Shown here one piece after another: positions 1 to 9,966 of a stretch of DNA of 64,000 nucleotides. The DNA comes from Halobacteriovoraceae bacterium. GTDB lineage: Bacteria; Bdellovibrionota; Bacteriovoracia; Bacteriovoracales; Bacteriovoracaceae. The notes beneath the pieces were generated by a model. The model had not been told where the DNA came from and searched no databases. It was given only the letters and a program-made list of their open reading frames with translations. The position numbers and the translations under genes are program-made. Positions within the stretch are counted from its first letter, which is position 1. The number at the start of each line of letters is the position of its first letter. The stretch is taken from the NCBI GenBank assembly GCA_963719505.1, contig CAVRCF010000005.1, forward strand, positions 320,001 through 384,000, read 5' to 3'.

Positions 1-771
1 ACTTTTAAAATCGGTAAAAACTGTGACTTAAAAGTGAATGAAGTTTTCATCAACACTGATAGTAATAAGGTTTTCTTTAATCATTCATCACTAACAGACT
101 TGGCGGAGAACTCAAATTTTTTGCATGTTCACCATCAGATACTTAATTCAGAATCTGTCTTTGGTCTCAATATAGCTTCTCAAGTAGCCAAAAACGCTCA
201 TTATAAATCCTTTACGACAACTTTAGGATCTAAAATGAGTCGCGCGAATATTCATATTGATATCAATGGTGAAGGATCTAACGCCACGGCGTCGGGAGTC
301 TACACACTTCAGGGATCCCAACACGCCGATATAAACTCTTATATGTCTCACAACTCTCCCCACTCTGAGAGTCACCAGCTTTATAAGGGAATTATGAATG
401 ACTCCTCAAGAGGTGTATTCACGGGACTAATTAAAGTCCAAAAAGATGCTCAACTCATTAATTCCAATCAAATGAATAGAAACCTTCTTTTAACGAAAGG
501 GGCGCATGCCAACTCAAGACCTCAACTTGAGATCTTTGCCGATGATGTCAAATGTGCTCACGGCTCCACAACGGGTCAACTGAGTGAAGATGAGCTCTTC
601 TACTTTCTCTCGCGAGGAATCACCGAAGAGAAGGCTAAAATGATGCTCGCAAGGGCCTTTACTTATGATGTTCTTTTGAAAATAAACAATGAACTAATAC
701 GTGAATACTTGCACGACGATATAACTGAAAAATTTGAAAACAAGGCTTTTGGTACAATAAATGATCAATAG
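1..771 (+). CDS. sufD: Fe-S cluster assembly protein SufD, C-terminal part (5' end outside the window)
   Basis: Frame open from base 1; SufBD-type motifs SRGVFTGLIKV, PQLEIFADDVKCAHGST and LFYFLSRGI; overlaps the start of sufS. Confidence 0.9.
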   Translation, partial: TFKIGKNCDLKVNEVFINTDSNKVFFNHSSLTDLAENSNFLHVHHQILNSESVFGLNIASQVAKNAHYKSFTTTLGSKMSRANIHIDINGEGSNATASGVYTLQGSQHADINSYMSHNSPHSESHQLYKGIMNDSSRGVFTGLIKVQKDAQLINSNQMNRNLLLTKGAHANSRPQLEIFADDVKCAHGSTTGQLSEDELFYFLSRGITEEKAKMMLARAFTYDVLLKINNELIREYLHDDITEKFENKAFGTINDQ

Positions 772-1978
772 AGAAGAAATAAAAAGAGATTTTCCTCAAA
801 TCAGCGAACTCTACGATGGTAAACCTATCGTCTACCTCGACAGTGCAGCGACGAACTTAAAGCATATTGATGTTATTAAAAGCAATAATAATTACTACTC
901 TAAAGAGACGGCAAATATTCATAGAGGTATTCACACTCTCAGTGAAATAGGGACGGAAAAGTACGAGCACACAAGAACTCTTCTTAAAGAACTTATTAAT
1001 GCCTCTTCCAATAAAGAGATCATCTACACCAAAGGGACGACTGATTCAATTAACCTTGTAGCTAAAAGTTGGGGAGAAAATAACTTGGGCCCAGGTGATG
1101 AAGTCCTTATAAGCCATATGGAACACCATTCTAATATTGTCCCTTGGCAGATGGTATGTGAGAAAACGGGAGCGAAGTTAAAAATCATTCCTATAGATGA
1201 TAATGGCGACATCCTTTTTGATGAATATCTAAAGCTTCTCAATGAAAGAACAAAAATTGTAAGTGTCGTCTATATCTCCAACTCACTCGGTACTGTAAAT
1301 CCTATCGATAAAATGATTGGGGAGGCGAGAAAGGTTAACGCTCTTTTTTTGGTTGATGCCGCCCAAGCAATATCTCATAAAGTTATTGATGTCCAAACCA
1401 TGAACTGTGACTTCTTATGCTTTAGTGCCCATAAAATGTTTGGACCGACTGGAATTGGCGCCCTTTATGGAAAAGAGTCACTCTTAGAGAGCATGCCCCC
1501 AATTTTTGGTGGTGGTGATATGATTGATAAAGTTACTTTTGAAAAAACAACGTACAACACTCTCCCCTATAAATTTGAAGCTGGGACTCCTAATATTTCA
1601 GCTGGTATCTCTTGGGCCCCAGCTCTTGAATATATTAAAAAAGTGGGAATAGAAAATATCGCAAGTCACGAAAGTGAACTTTTAACCTACGCGACAAATG
1701 AACTTAAAAAGGTCGAAGGCTTGAAAATTATAGGCACGGCCAAAGAGAAGTCCGCTGTGATTTCTTTTACTCTCGAGTGTTGTCATCCTCATGATATTGC
1801 GACGATGGCCAATAAGTATGGTGTAGCTCTAAGGACCGGTCACCATTGTACTCAGCCCGTTATGGAGAGGATGAATGTGCCTGCTACAGCGAGAGCATCA
1901 TTTGGAATATATAATGACAAAGCTGACGTGGATAAGTTAGTTGATACATTAAATAAAATTGTAGATCTTTTTAGCTAA
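761..1978 (+). CDS. sufS: SufS-family cysteine desulfurase
   Basis: YLDSAAT, MEHHSNIVPWQ, PLP lysine in FSAHKMFGPTG, catalytic RTGHHC. Confidence 0.95.
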   Translation: MINREEIKRDFPQISELYDGKPIVYLDSAATNLKHIDVIKSNNNYYSKETANIHRGIHTLSEIGTEKYEHTRTLLKELINASSNKEIIYTKGTTDSINLVAKSWGENNLGPGDEVLISHMEHHSNIVPWQMVCEKTGAKLKIIPIDDNGDILFDEYLKLLNERTKIVSVVYISNSLGTVNPIDKMIGEARKVNALFLVDAAQAISHKVIDVQTMNCDFLCFSAHKMFGPTGIGALYGKESLLESMPPIFGGGDMIDKVTFEKTTYNTLPYKFEAGTPNISAGISWAPALEYIKKVGIENIASHESELLTYATNELKKVEGLKIIGTAKEKSAVISFTLECCHPHDIATMANKYGVALRTGHHCTQPVMERMNVPATARASFGIYNDKADVDKLVDTLNKIVDLFS

Positions 1979-1996
1979 AAAGAGATAGAGGAAAAT

Positions 1997-2551
1997 ATGA
2001 GTGCACAAATACAACCAACACCAAACCCAAATGCTCTAAAGTTTATTTTAGACAAAGTTGTAAAAAATGAAGGTAAAACTTCTTTTAAAAATCCTAATCA
2101 AGCCAAAGAAGTTAATCTTGCCGCCGCTTTGTTTGATCTTCGAGGCGTAGACCAAATTCACTTTTTTCAAAATGTTATAACTGTTAGTAAATTTACTTTT
2201 GAGCCTTGGGATAATTTAGAACCAGCGATTGTCACTTGTATTGATAACCACTTAGATGACCACGACCCAAACTTTAAAGACCACGATCCAGAGAAAGAGA
2301 GAAGAAAAAATCTTCCTGCAGATCTTTTACAAATTGAAGAAATTTTAGATCGAAGAATTCGTCCAGGCCTGCAAGGCGATGGTGGGGATATGAGTTGTTT
2401 ATCATTTTCCAATAATACCCTTATCGTTAAGTATCAAGGAGCTTGTGGTAGTTGTCCAAGCTCTACAACCGGTACTTTAGAAGCTATTAGAGGAATTCTA
2501 AGAGAAGAATACGATCCTGAGATTGAAGTTTATATTGCCCCTGAAGAGTAG
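1997..2551 (+). CDS. Nfu/NifU-type Fe-S carrier (Nfu N-terminal domain plus NifU-C domain)
   Basis: N-terminal TPNPNALKF; C-terminal IRPGLQGDGGD and GACGSCPSS (CxxC). Confidence 0.9.
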   Translation: MSAQIQPTPNPNALKFILDKVVKNEGKTSFKNPNQAKEVNLAAALFDLRGVDQIHFFQNVITVSKFTFEPWDNLEPAIVTCIDNHLDDHDPNFKDHDPEKERRKNLPADLLQIEEILDRRIRPGLQGDGGDMSCLSFSNNTLIVKYQGACGSCPSSTTGTLEAIRGILREEYDPEIEVYIAPEE

Positions 2552-2553
2552 AG

Positions 2554-3456
2554 ATGATCTTACTATTTTTTGCCCTCATCACAACGACGGCCATCTATGG
2601 CGACAGGTTCTCTGACCAAGAGTTTGTCCAATCTGTCGAATACTCTATTCTCAATCCTAATACCGAAATTGAGCTCTACAATAATGATAGTAATGAAACT
2701 CTTAATTACTCTCCGAATACGAGGACTTCACTAGGAGTTGCTGTAAATTTTGAAGATTTTTCACTAGCTGGGACATTTAGAGACTCCTCAACCCAAGAAG
2801 ATGATGATCAAATAAGCGAATCTCGCTACAATGACTTTAGGTTAAAAACTCCCTTCTACAGGGGTATTTTAGAAGCCTTTTATCTAAAATATAAAGGCTT
2901 TAAAATTGATCAAAATGAAAAAAATGAGCTCCTCCCCATTACAGCTAGGACTTATGGATTGAATTATACATTTTTTACAAATCCTCAAGTCAACATTTCT
3001 CAACACATGGGAAATTTCCAATATGACAAAAAAACTGAGTATGGTGCTTTTTTAAGCTTTGGATATGCCAAAAATAAAGTTAACTCAAAGACCTCTATGG
3101 TTCCTCGAGGTCGCGAAGACGACTTTAAAAATTTCGTCGGACTCAAGTCTTTTGAGCAAGATGCACTTTCCGCTATTTATGGAATTGCTGGAAGCTATAG
3201 TTTTTACAAATTCTATGTTCAGGGTTCAATTGGTATTGGGATAAATTTTTCAAAAGTTGACTACAAAGGAACCGATCTAGAAAGCTCATCAAACTCTGGT
3301 CCTGCAAGTAAAACCCATCTAAATTTCGGTTACCAGTTTAAAAACACTCTTGTGGGTTTTGACACTTACCTTACTTCTACATCTGACCGCCAAGGTGAAA
3401 ACGAGCTATCAATCAAAAGACTGGATTCAAATGTCTATTACCATTATTTTTTCTAA
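2554..3456 (+). CDS. Secreted putative outer-membrane beta-barrel protein (possibly DUF4421-like)
   Basis: Signal-peptide-like N-terminus, alternating beta-strand pattern rich in aromatics and Gly, C-terminal YYHYFF. Confidence 0.55.
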   Translation: MILLFFALITTTAIYGDRFSDQEFVQSVEYSILNPNTEIELYNNDSNETLNYSPNTRTSLGVAVNFEDFSLAGTFRDSSTQEDDDQISESRYNDFRLKTPFYRGILEAFYLKYKGFKIDQNEKNELLPITARTYGLNYTFFTNPQVNISQHMGNFQYDKKTEYGAFLSFGYAKNKVNSKTSMVPRGREDDFKNFVGLKSFEQDALSAIYGIAGSYSFYKFYVQGSIGIGINFSKVDYKGTDLESSSNSGPASKTHLNFGYQFKNTLVGFDTYLTSTSDRQGENELSIKRLDSNVYYHYFF

Positions 3457-4346
3457 ACCCAGCTTTTTGGATAATAGTTCTCTAACATTTTTTCATGGGG
3501 AGAATCTTTTTTAGGTGCATACTTATAAGTAAACATCGCCCGCTTTGGCAGTGAGATCAAGATAGAATCCGTTCGACCATTTGTCTGTAAACCAAAAAGC
3601 GTTCCTCTATCATGAAGAAGATTAAACTCTATATATCGTCCATGTCTGTGTAATTGAAAATCAATATCATCTTGAGTAAAGTCTTCATTCATTCTTTTCT
3701 CAACAATAGGAAAATACGATTCAATAAAGTGATTTGAAAGATCAATAACCATATCAAAATCTTTTTGAATGTCTCCCGAGTTATGATGATCAAAAAAGAT
3801 TCCCCCTATTCCTCGCATTTCATTGTCTCTATGTTTATTGACGAAATATTCATCACACGTTTTCTTCATTTTATCGAAGCAGTTGTAAGGAGCACATGCT
3901 TTTTTCCAGACCTGATGAAAATGTTTAAAGTCTTCAGGGAAAGGAAAATATGGTGTGAGATCGGCGCCGCCGCCAAACCAGACACTTTCACCTTGATTGA
4001 TCATTCTAAAATTCATATGGACAGTTGGAATTTTTGGATTAAAGGGATGAATAATAAGAGAAATACCAGTGGCCCATAACTCATCTGATTTTCCTTGCAG
4101 TTTTTTAGCAAATTCAGGATTTATCTTACCGAAAATCTCCGATGTATTCACTCCGGCATTTTCAAAAAGATCTCCTTCAAATGCCCGGGTTATACCACCG
4201 CCTCCGGGATTATTAGCATGATCGACTCGGCTCCAATTATCCTCCACCAGCTCCAGTGAGGCGTCCAAAGAGTTCATCTTCAAAGTAATCTCATTTTGAA
4301 GATTCTTAACATGGTCAGAGAATTTCTTTTTTAATTCGTTTAACAT
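3453..4346 (-). CDS. hemF: Oxygen-dependent coproporphyrinogen III oxidase
   Basis: PTVHMNFR, WFGGGADLTP, RGIGGIFFD, GRYIEFNL, SILISLP. Confidence 0.95.
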   Translation of the reverse strand: MLNELKKKFSDHVKNLQNEITLKMNSLDASLELVEDNWSRVDHANNPGGGGITRAFEGDLFENAGVNTSEIFGKINPEFAKKLQGKSDELWATGISLIIHPFNPKIPTVHMNFRMINQGESVWFGGGADLTPYFPFPEDFKHFHQVWKKACAPYNCFDKMKKTCDEYFVNKHRDNEMRGIGGIFFDHHNSGDIQKDFDMVIDLSNHFIESYFPIVEKRMNEDFTQDDIDFQLHRHGRYIEFNLLHDRGTLFGLQTNGRTDSILISLPKRAMFTYKYAPKKDSPHEKMLENYYPKSWV

Positions 4347-4357
4347 TAAAAAGCCTT

Positions 4358-4384
4358 TAATAAATCTTAGTAAATATCCGATAT
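4358..4384 (+). promoter_or_regulatory. Candidate sigma-28 (FliA) promoter for the adenylate cyclase gene
   Basis: TAAT-N15-TCCGATAT versus consensus TAAA-N15-GCCGATAA (3 mismatches), 43 nt upstream of the ATG. Confidence 0.35.
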
Positions 4385-4427
4385 TACTTATATATAATTT
4401 AAATCGCCCTTTTTCAAAGGTTTTAAA

Positions 4428-6641
4428 ATGGCCAATATTTTTTCTAGGTTTGTCCGCTATATCGGAATCGTTCTTATCTTTATTTTTAGTGCAGCTTCAA
4501 TCTTCTTTAGCTTCATTGAAAGAACTATTCCTGAGGGTCAACCCCTGAAAGAGACAATTCAATATGCCTCATTTTTTGAAAATAGATTCTATGACTTAAG
4601 AATGCAGTCGACCTTGTCCCCTGAGAATCAAAATAATGAGATCGTCTTGATTAAAGTTGATGATGAGTCTTTACAAAAGATTGGATCATGGCCAGTTAAT
4701 CGGGAGACATGGGCCACAATGATCAATAATTTAGGTAAGTTTGGCGCCAAGGTCGTGGCATTCGATGTTATGTTTCCCGAGGAAGTGAAAAGTTGTGGAG
4801 AGGTGTCTCCTGATGATAGCTTTGCTAAAGCTATTGAAGACTTTCAACTTCAGGCCAATAGAAGAATTATTTTGGCCTACACCACTCAAGATGAAAGCAC
4901 GAGAAACTCCTTTTATGACGAGATGCCAGAAGATCTCTATACCTTTATCCTGGACTCAACTCAAGTGAGTGAGAATGCCTCGCTAGTGGTGAAAAAGGTC
5001 GAAAGGCATACCTACCCCATTCAAAAGCTGCTAAGTGCATCTCCTGATCTTGGTTTTATCAATATGTTAGAAGATGCTGACGGCGTTTTCAGAAATTATC
5101 AGATTGTCTCAAACATCGATGGTGTTTTATATACACCCTCTTTAGGTCTTAGAGCTTTTCAGGCCTATCAAGAGACAAACCCTAAGCTTAATATCGATAG
5201 TACCGGCTCCGCACAGCTTCTTATTAAAGATGACAAAATCTTTATTAATAACAGAGGGGAAACCAAAATTCGCTGGCTAGGGGCCAGTAGAAACTTTAAG
5301 GATATTTCTCTTCATGAAGTTGTCGACCCAAATGCTGATCAGGAAAAATTAGAGGCATTTTTTAAAAACAAAATAGCCTATGTGGGATCGACGGCAACGG
5401 GTGCACACGACTTAAGGAATACACCTGTTGACTCTCAGATGCCTGGAGTCTACGCCCACATGAACATGACAAGTATGTTAATGAAGAATTTTTATTATAA
5501 GGATCTTTACAAGTCGATAAAAATTTCTTTTCTCTTTCTTATCGTGGGTACTGTCGTTTTAATTGTGACCATGTTTTTAAAAAATGCCTTTGTGGATTTA
5601 TTTATGACTATTCTTTTAGTCGTTACCATCCTCTTTATTGATTACACCTATCTTTTAGAGTCTGGTTATGAAGTGAGAATGTTCTTTGTCATTTTTAATA
5701 TCCTGGCCACTTATTCGTGGGTCACCCTTTTGAACTTTAACAAAGCCAATGCGGAGAAAAAGCAGATTAAAGGAGCATTTGCCCGTTACGTAGCCCCAAC
5801 CATTGTCGATGAGATGCTAGAGAATCCTGACAAGTTAAAGGTCGGAGGACAGAGAATGGACATCACCTGTATGTTCTCAGATGTGCGAGACTTCACTTCC
5901 ATTTCTGAACAACTGTCGGCCAACGAACTTGCAAAGTCGCTTAACCGCTATATGGGAGAGATGACCGATATTGTTTTTGATACCAATGGAACTCTAGACA
6001 AGTATATTGGAGACGCAATTGTGGCTTTCTGGGGAGCACCTATTGATATCGGTGATCATGTTACTGCGGCAGTTGACGCCTCTGTAAAAATGCTAGAGGC
6101 CCTTCCAGCGATAAATGATGAATTTAGAGCGGCTCAGTTACCAGAGTTTAAAATAGGAATCGGTCTCAACTCTGGGGAATGTAATGTTGGAAATATGGGC
6201 TCAGATAAAATTTTTGCTTACACGGCCCTTGGAGATACGATGAACTTAGGAGCCCGACTGGAATCAAGTTGCAAGTACTATGGAGCACAGATCCTTATCT
6301 CTGAATACACATTTGAGCGAATGGATAAGAGTCGTTTTATCACTCGTCTCATCGATAATGTGGTCGTGAAAGGGAAAGTAAAGCCCGTAAAGGTTTACGA
6401 AGTCCTTTATCGTGGACATCATCTATGGGAGAAAAAGGATTTAATGTCATTGTTCTCTACGGCCTATCAAAATTTTCTCGATAGAGATTTTGAAGCTGCC
6501 CAAAAAAACTTTGAGCTTGTGCTGGCAAAATCTCCTGATGATAAGTCATCTCAAAGATTATTGGAGCTGACTTTAGAATACAGACAAAATCCACCACCAA
6601 GTGATGTTGATCATTCTCTTAATACGAGGACAGATAAATAG
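4428..6641 (+). CDS. Membrane-bound CHASE2-domain class III adenylate/guanylate cyclase
   Basis: N-terminal TM, CHASE2 region (VAFDVMF, DADGVFR, MPGVYAH), three TMs, then catalytic MFSDVRDFT, DKYIGDAI and GDTMNLGARLE. Confidence 0.93.
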   Translation: MANIFSRFVRYIGIVLIFIFSAASIFFSFIERTIPEGQPLKETIQYASFFENRFYDLRMQSTLSPENQNNEIVLIKVDDESLQKIGSWPVNRETWATMINNLGKFGAKVVAFDVMFPEEVKSCGEVSPDDSFAKAIEDFQLQANRRIILAYTTQDESTRNSFYDEMPEDLYTFILDSTQVSENASLVVKKVERHTYPIQKLLSASPDLGFINMLEDADGVFRNYQIVSNIDGVLYTPSLGLRAFQAYQETNPKLNIDSTGSAQLLIKDDKIFINNRGETKIRWLGASRNFKDISLHEVVDPNADQEKLEAFFKNKIAYVGSTATGAHDLRNTPVDSQMPGVYAHMNMTSMLMKNFYYKDLYKSIKISFLFLIVGTVVLIVTMFLKNAFVDLFMTILLVVTILFIDYTYLLESGYEVRMFFVIFNILATYSWVTLLNFNKANAEKKQIKGAFARYVAPTIVDEMLENPDKLKVGGQRMDITCMFSDVRDFTSISEQLSANELAKSLNRYMGEMTDIVFDTNGTLDKYIGDAIVAFWGAPIDIGDHVTAAVDASVKMLEALPAINDEFRAAQLPEFKIGIGLNSGECNVGNMGSDKIFAYTALGDTMNLGARLESSCKYYGAQILISEYTFERMDKSRFITRLIDNVVVKGKVKPVKVYEVLYRGHHLWEKKDLMSLFSTAYQNFLDRDFEAAQKNFELVLAKSPDDKSSQRLLELTLEYRQNPPPSDVDHSLNTRTDK

Positions 6642-6642
6642 T

Positions 6643-7338
6643 CTAGAGTCGAAAAAGAAGAGAAGAGTTTAACCCAAATTCTTGTCTGGTGATATCGAGA
6701 TCAACATAGGTATTTTCTTGATCATAAATCTCTAAATAGAGATCAAAGATAAGAGAGAACTTACTGTTTAATTTATACAAAAGATCAGTTGAGGCTTTAA
6801 GAACAAAACCTGTATCAAAATCATCATCACCACTGATGAGAATACCCGCTGCAGCTCTTGCGTCTAGCCTCATTTTCTCACCCTTATAGTAGTTAAATCC
6901 ATAACCACCAAGGATTCCAATATTATCATACGTCACATCAGTTAATTCGCTGCTGTCATTGTTCTTAGCACCAACACCGAGTTCTTCTCTTTGAAAGAGG
7001 TCGATAAAAAGATCACCAAAGCTATAGGCCTTTAAAAAAGTAGAACCGATAGAAAAAGAGTTATAATCGTCTATCTCTCCCCCGTCATCGAATTCAGAAA
7101 AAGAATAGTTTCTCATATAAACATAAGGTGAAATTTCAATACCTGAATCAGGACAATAAATAATCCAATTTCCTCTGATTGATAGACCTGAGTCTGAGAC
7201 TATGTCGAGCTCATCTGAGCCTCTTTGACCATTGAGAACGAAGGAATCAAAACCGGCACCAACTTTAAAAACATCTTTTATACAATCAGCTTGAGCGCTA
7301 AAGGAAATAAGAGAAATAAGAAAAATAATTTTAAACAT
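6643..7338 (-). CDS. Putative outer-membrane beta-barrel protein
   Basis: Start placed at ATG 7338 (MFKIIFLISLISFSAQA signal peptide), overlapping the FecR-gene stop; beta-strand pattern; ends LLFRL. Confidence 0.55.
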   Translation of the reverse strand: MFKIIFLISLISFSAQADCIKDVFKVGAGFDSFVLNGQRGSDELDIVSDSGLSIRGNWIIYCPDSGIEISPYVYMRNYSFSEFDDGGEIDDYNSFSIGSTFLKAYSFGDLFIDLFQREELGVGAKNNDSSELTDVTYDNIGILGGYGFNYYKGEKMRLDARAAAGILISGDDDFDTGFVLKASTDLLYKLNSKFSLIFDLYLEIYDQENTYVDLDITRQEFGLNSSLLFRL

Positions 7339-8341
7339 CAAAGTACCTATCATATGCATTTTTATCTTTTGAACTCTTTTTTGGAACAATATTCGACCGA
7401 TTGGCTTTTTTAATAATTTCTTTCATTTTACTTGATGCATTTTTCTGAACCACAAGCCCTTTATTTTCATCCACGACGACACCTTTAGGTGGAATATAGG
7501 TGCCATTGTCATCAGCTGTTCCCAAAAGTTTATCACCCTCGACTGGAGGAACATAAACTCCTTTGTCAAAGTCTACAAAGCCAAGAGATGCCGTCTTGTT
7601 GTCCTCTAAATTGGCCGTAAATTCTTTTTCCAAGATTTTTGCCTCAGCGTTAATTTTGGACATCTCTGATTTTCCAATATCCGTCTTGGTCGCCCCGAGG
7701 GAATCGTCTTTTTTCATCAAAAGAAACTGCTTAGGATTTATCTTAACCTTTTGCGTTTTTTTAATATCAGATTCTGCAACTCTAAAAAGATCACCTTTAA
7801 CAACGGAGGTCTGATTTGTTTCTAAATCTTTTTTGAGTTCCTTAATTGATTGAGTTTCTCCAATTTTAGATTTTTTCATATCGACTTTTCCCTCATAAGT
7901 AAGAAGAGAAGTCTTTTTAGCTTTTGGTGCAAAGGAGACTTGAAATTCTGTACCACGAACTCCCATCGTTGCAGAGTTAGTTTTGACGAGAAATTTTTTG
8001 TCGTTATTTTTATTTTTATCAACAAGGGCCCTGATCTTTCCAGAAACAAGGTTCACTAAAGAGGTTTTATCTTGCATATCCATATCCAAAACCACTTTTG
8101 AATTTGGTCCCACTGTCAAAAATGAAGAGTTGATATATTTAATTCTAGCAAAGCCCTTACCATCGACATAAACGGATGTGTCTTTGACCAGTTTAGACTT
8201 TTTCGTCAATAACTGGGCTTTCTTGGAGCCTGGGGCCAAGAAAGTTACCTTTCCCTTCACGATAAGCGCGCTGGCAATCTGGGGCATTGCAAAAGAGACA
8301 GAGACATAACTGAGACATAGTAAACAAATTAATTTTTTCAT
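7331..8341 (-). CDS. Secreted FecR-domain protein
   Basis: Signal peptide; FecR signature FLVKTNSATMGVRGTEF followed by YEGKV. Confidence 0.85.
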   Translation of the reverse strand: MKKLICLLCLSYVSVSFAMPQIASALIVKGKVTFLAPGSKKAQLLTKKSKLVKDTSVYVDGKGFARIKYINSSFLTVGPNSKVVLDMDMQDKTSLVNLVSGKIRALVDKNKNNDKKFLVKTNSATMGVRGTEFQVSFAPKAKKTSLLTYEGKVDMKKSKIGETQSIKELKKDLETNQTSVVKGDLFRVAESDIKKTQKVKINPKQFLLMKKDDSLGATKTDIGKSEMSKINAEAKILEKEFTANLEDNKTASLGFVDFDKGVYVPPVEGDKLLGTADDNGTYIPPKGVVVDENKGLVVQKNASSKMKEIIKKANRSNIVPKKSSKDKNAYDRYFDV

Positions 8342-8499
8342 AATAAAATAGTAACCGTTATTTCGTATTAATCAATGTTAAACGCTAGGGAAAATACTTC
8401 ACAGATGCAGCGCAACACTTCTCAGAAAACTATTAGAGATATGCCTAGTCGAAAAATTTCAATTTTGCTAAGATCTGTGCAATAGAGAGGGAAATTTAT

Positions 8500-9966
8500 A
8501 TGCTGTATAAATCTAAAGATGAAATCACTAAGTCTTATGACGTAATCGTTATAGGATCTGGCCTTGCCGGTATGACTGCGGCCAATAAGATGGGTAAAGA
8601 CGGATTAAAAGTCTTACTACTTGAAGCACATAATAAACTTGGTGGTTTTGCGACTTGGTTTTATAGAAATAAAAAAGATCACGTCTTTGATATCTCTTTG
8701 CATGGTTTCCCCTTTGGAATGAAAAAAACTTGTCGCAAGTACTGGAACAAAGAGATAGCAGACCATATTGTTCAGTTAAAAGATGTAAGATTTGAAAATC
8801 CTCAGTATAGTCTTCAGTCGACTTTTACCCGTGAGGATTTTACCGACAAACTGGTCAATCACTTTAAAGTCGAACTAGATACGGTTAATGCCTTTTATGA
8901 TTTTGTTGAATCCATGAATTTCTACGACGACCAATCCATGACAAACAAAGAACTCTTTCAAAAGTTTTTTCCCGACAGGATCGATATTGTGAGATTTCTG
9001 ATGGAGCCGATTGTTTATGCTAACGGCTCTACCCTTGATGATCCCGCAATCACTTATGGAATTGTTTTTTCTAATTTTATGAGTAAAGGGGTCTACACCT
9101 TCAAAGGTGGAACCGACGAGATCATAAAAATGATGAAAGAGGAGCTTCTTGCCAACGGTGTGGATATAAAAATGCACGCCAAAGTAGACGAGCTCATAAT
9201 TGAAAACTCAATTTGCAAAGGGGTTATCTTAAAAGGAAAACCCATTCATTCAAAAAGTGTTCTCTCCAATGCAAATCTTAGAACCACCATCTTAAAAATG
9301 GCAAAAGCTGAAAATTTTAGTCCTAATTTTATTGAAAAAGTAAAAAAAGTAAGAATGAACTCATCGTCTTGCCAAGTTTATATTGGTATCAAGCCTGGAG
9401 AAACTATTCCCCATATCGGAGATCTTGTTTTTACCTCCACTCATCCAAGCTTTGATTCACAAGCCCTTGTCGGGTTTAACATCACAAGTAGAACCTTTAG
9501 TGTCTATTATCCAGAGGGGCGACCTTATGATGAAAAACCAAGATATGCCATTGTTTCATCGACTAATGCAAACTTTGATGACTGGGCCAACCTCGATGAT
9601 GAAACCTATGAAATTGAAAAACAAAAAATGATTGATGAGACGATTGAATGTTTAGAAAAGTATATCCCAAATATTAAAACTAAAATTGATTTTCTTGAAG
9701 CGGCGACACCAAAAACAGTTCAAAAGTTTGTCCACCACGAGAAAGGCTCTTCTTTTGGAACTAAGTTTGAAGGTTTAGAAATTAGCATGGGTCTTCATAA
9801 AGAAATCGCTGGTCTCTTTCATGCCGGTAGTGTTGGAATTATCATGAGTGGATGGCTTGGAGCTGCAAATTATGGAGTCATTCAATCCAATGAAATAAGT
9901 AGTTATATTTATCATCTAGAAAAAAATAAGGAACAAAATATTGTTCATGGAGAAATGCATGTCTAA
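8500..9966 (+). CDS. Phytoene-desaturase (CrtI)-like FAD-dependent oxidoreductase A
   Basis: Rossmann motif VIVIGSGLAG...LEAHNKLGG, KGG motif, late ATPKT and GLFHAGS motifs typical of the CrtI/retinol-saturase superfamily. Confidence 0.85.
   Translation: MLYKSKDEITKSYDVIVIGSGLAGMTAANKMGKDGLKVLLLEAHNKLGGFATWFYRNKKDHVFDISLHGFPFGMKKTCRKYWNKEIADHIVQLKDVRFENPQYSLQSTFTREDFTDKLVNHFKVELDTVNAFYDFVESMNFYDDQSMTNKELFQKFFPDRIDIVRFLMEPIVYANGSTLDDPAITYGIVFSNFMSKGVYTFKGGTDEIIKMMKEELLANGVDIKMHAKVDELIIENSICKGVILKGKPIHSKSVLSNANLRTTILKMAKAENFSPNFIEKVKKVRMNSSSCQVYIGIKPGETIPHIGDLVFTSTHPSFDSQALVGFNITSRTFSVYYPEGRPYDEKPRYAIVSSTNANFDDWANLDDETYEIEKQKMIDETIECLEKYIPNIKTKIDFLEAATPKTVQKFVHHEKGSSFGTKFEGLEISMGLHKEIAGLFHAGSVGIIMSGWLGAANYGVIQSNEISSYIYHLEKNKEQNIVHGEMHV

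Noticed and set aside
7331-8341. FecIRA-type iron-citrate signalling
   Set aside because: No ECF sigma factor or TonB-dependent receptor nearby, and the protein has a cleavable-looking signal peptide rather than a cytoplasmic anti-sigma domain.
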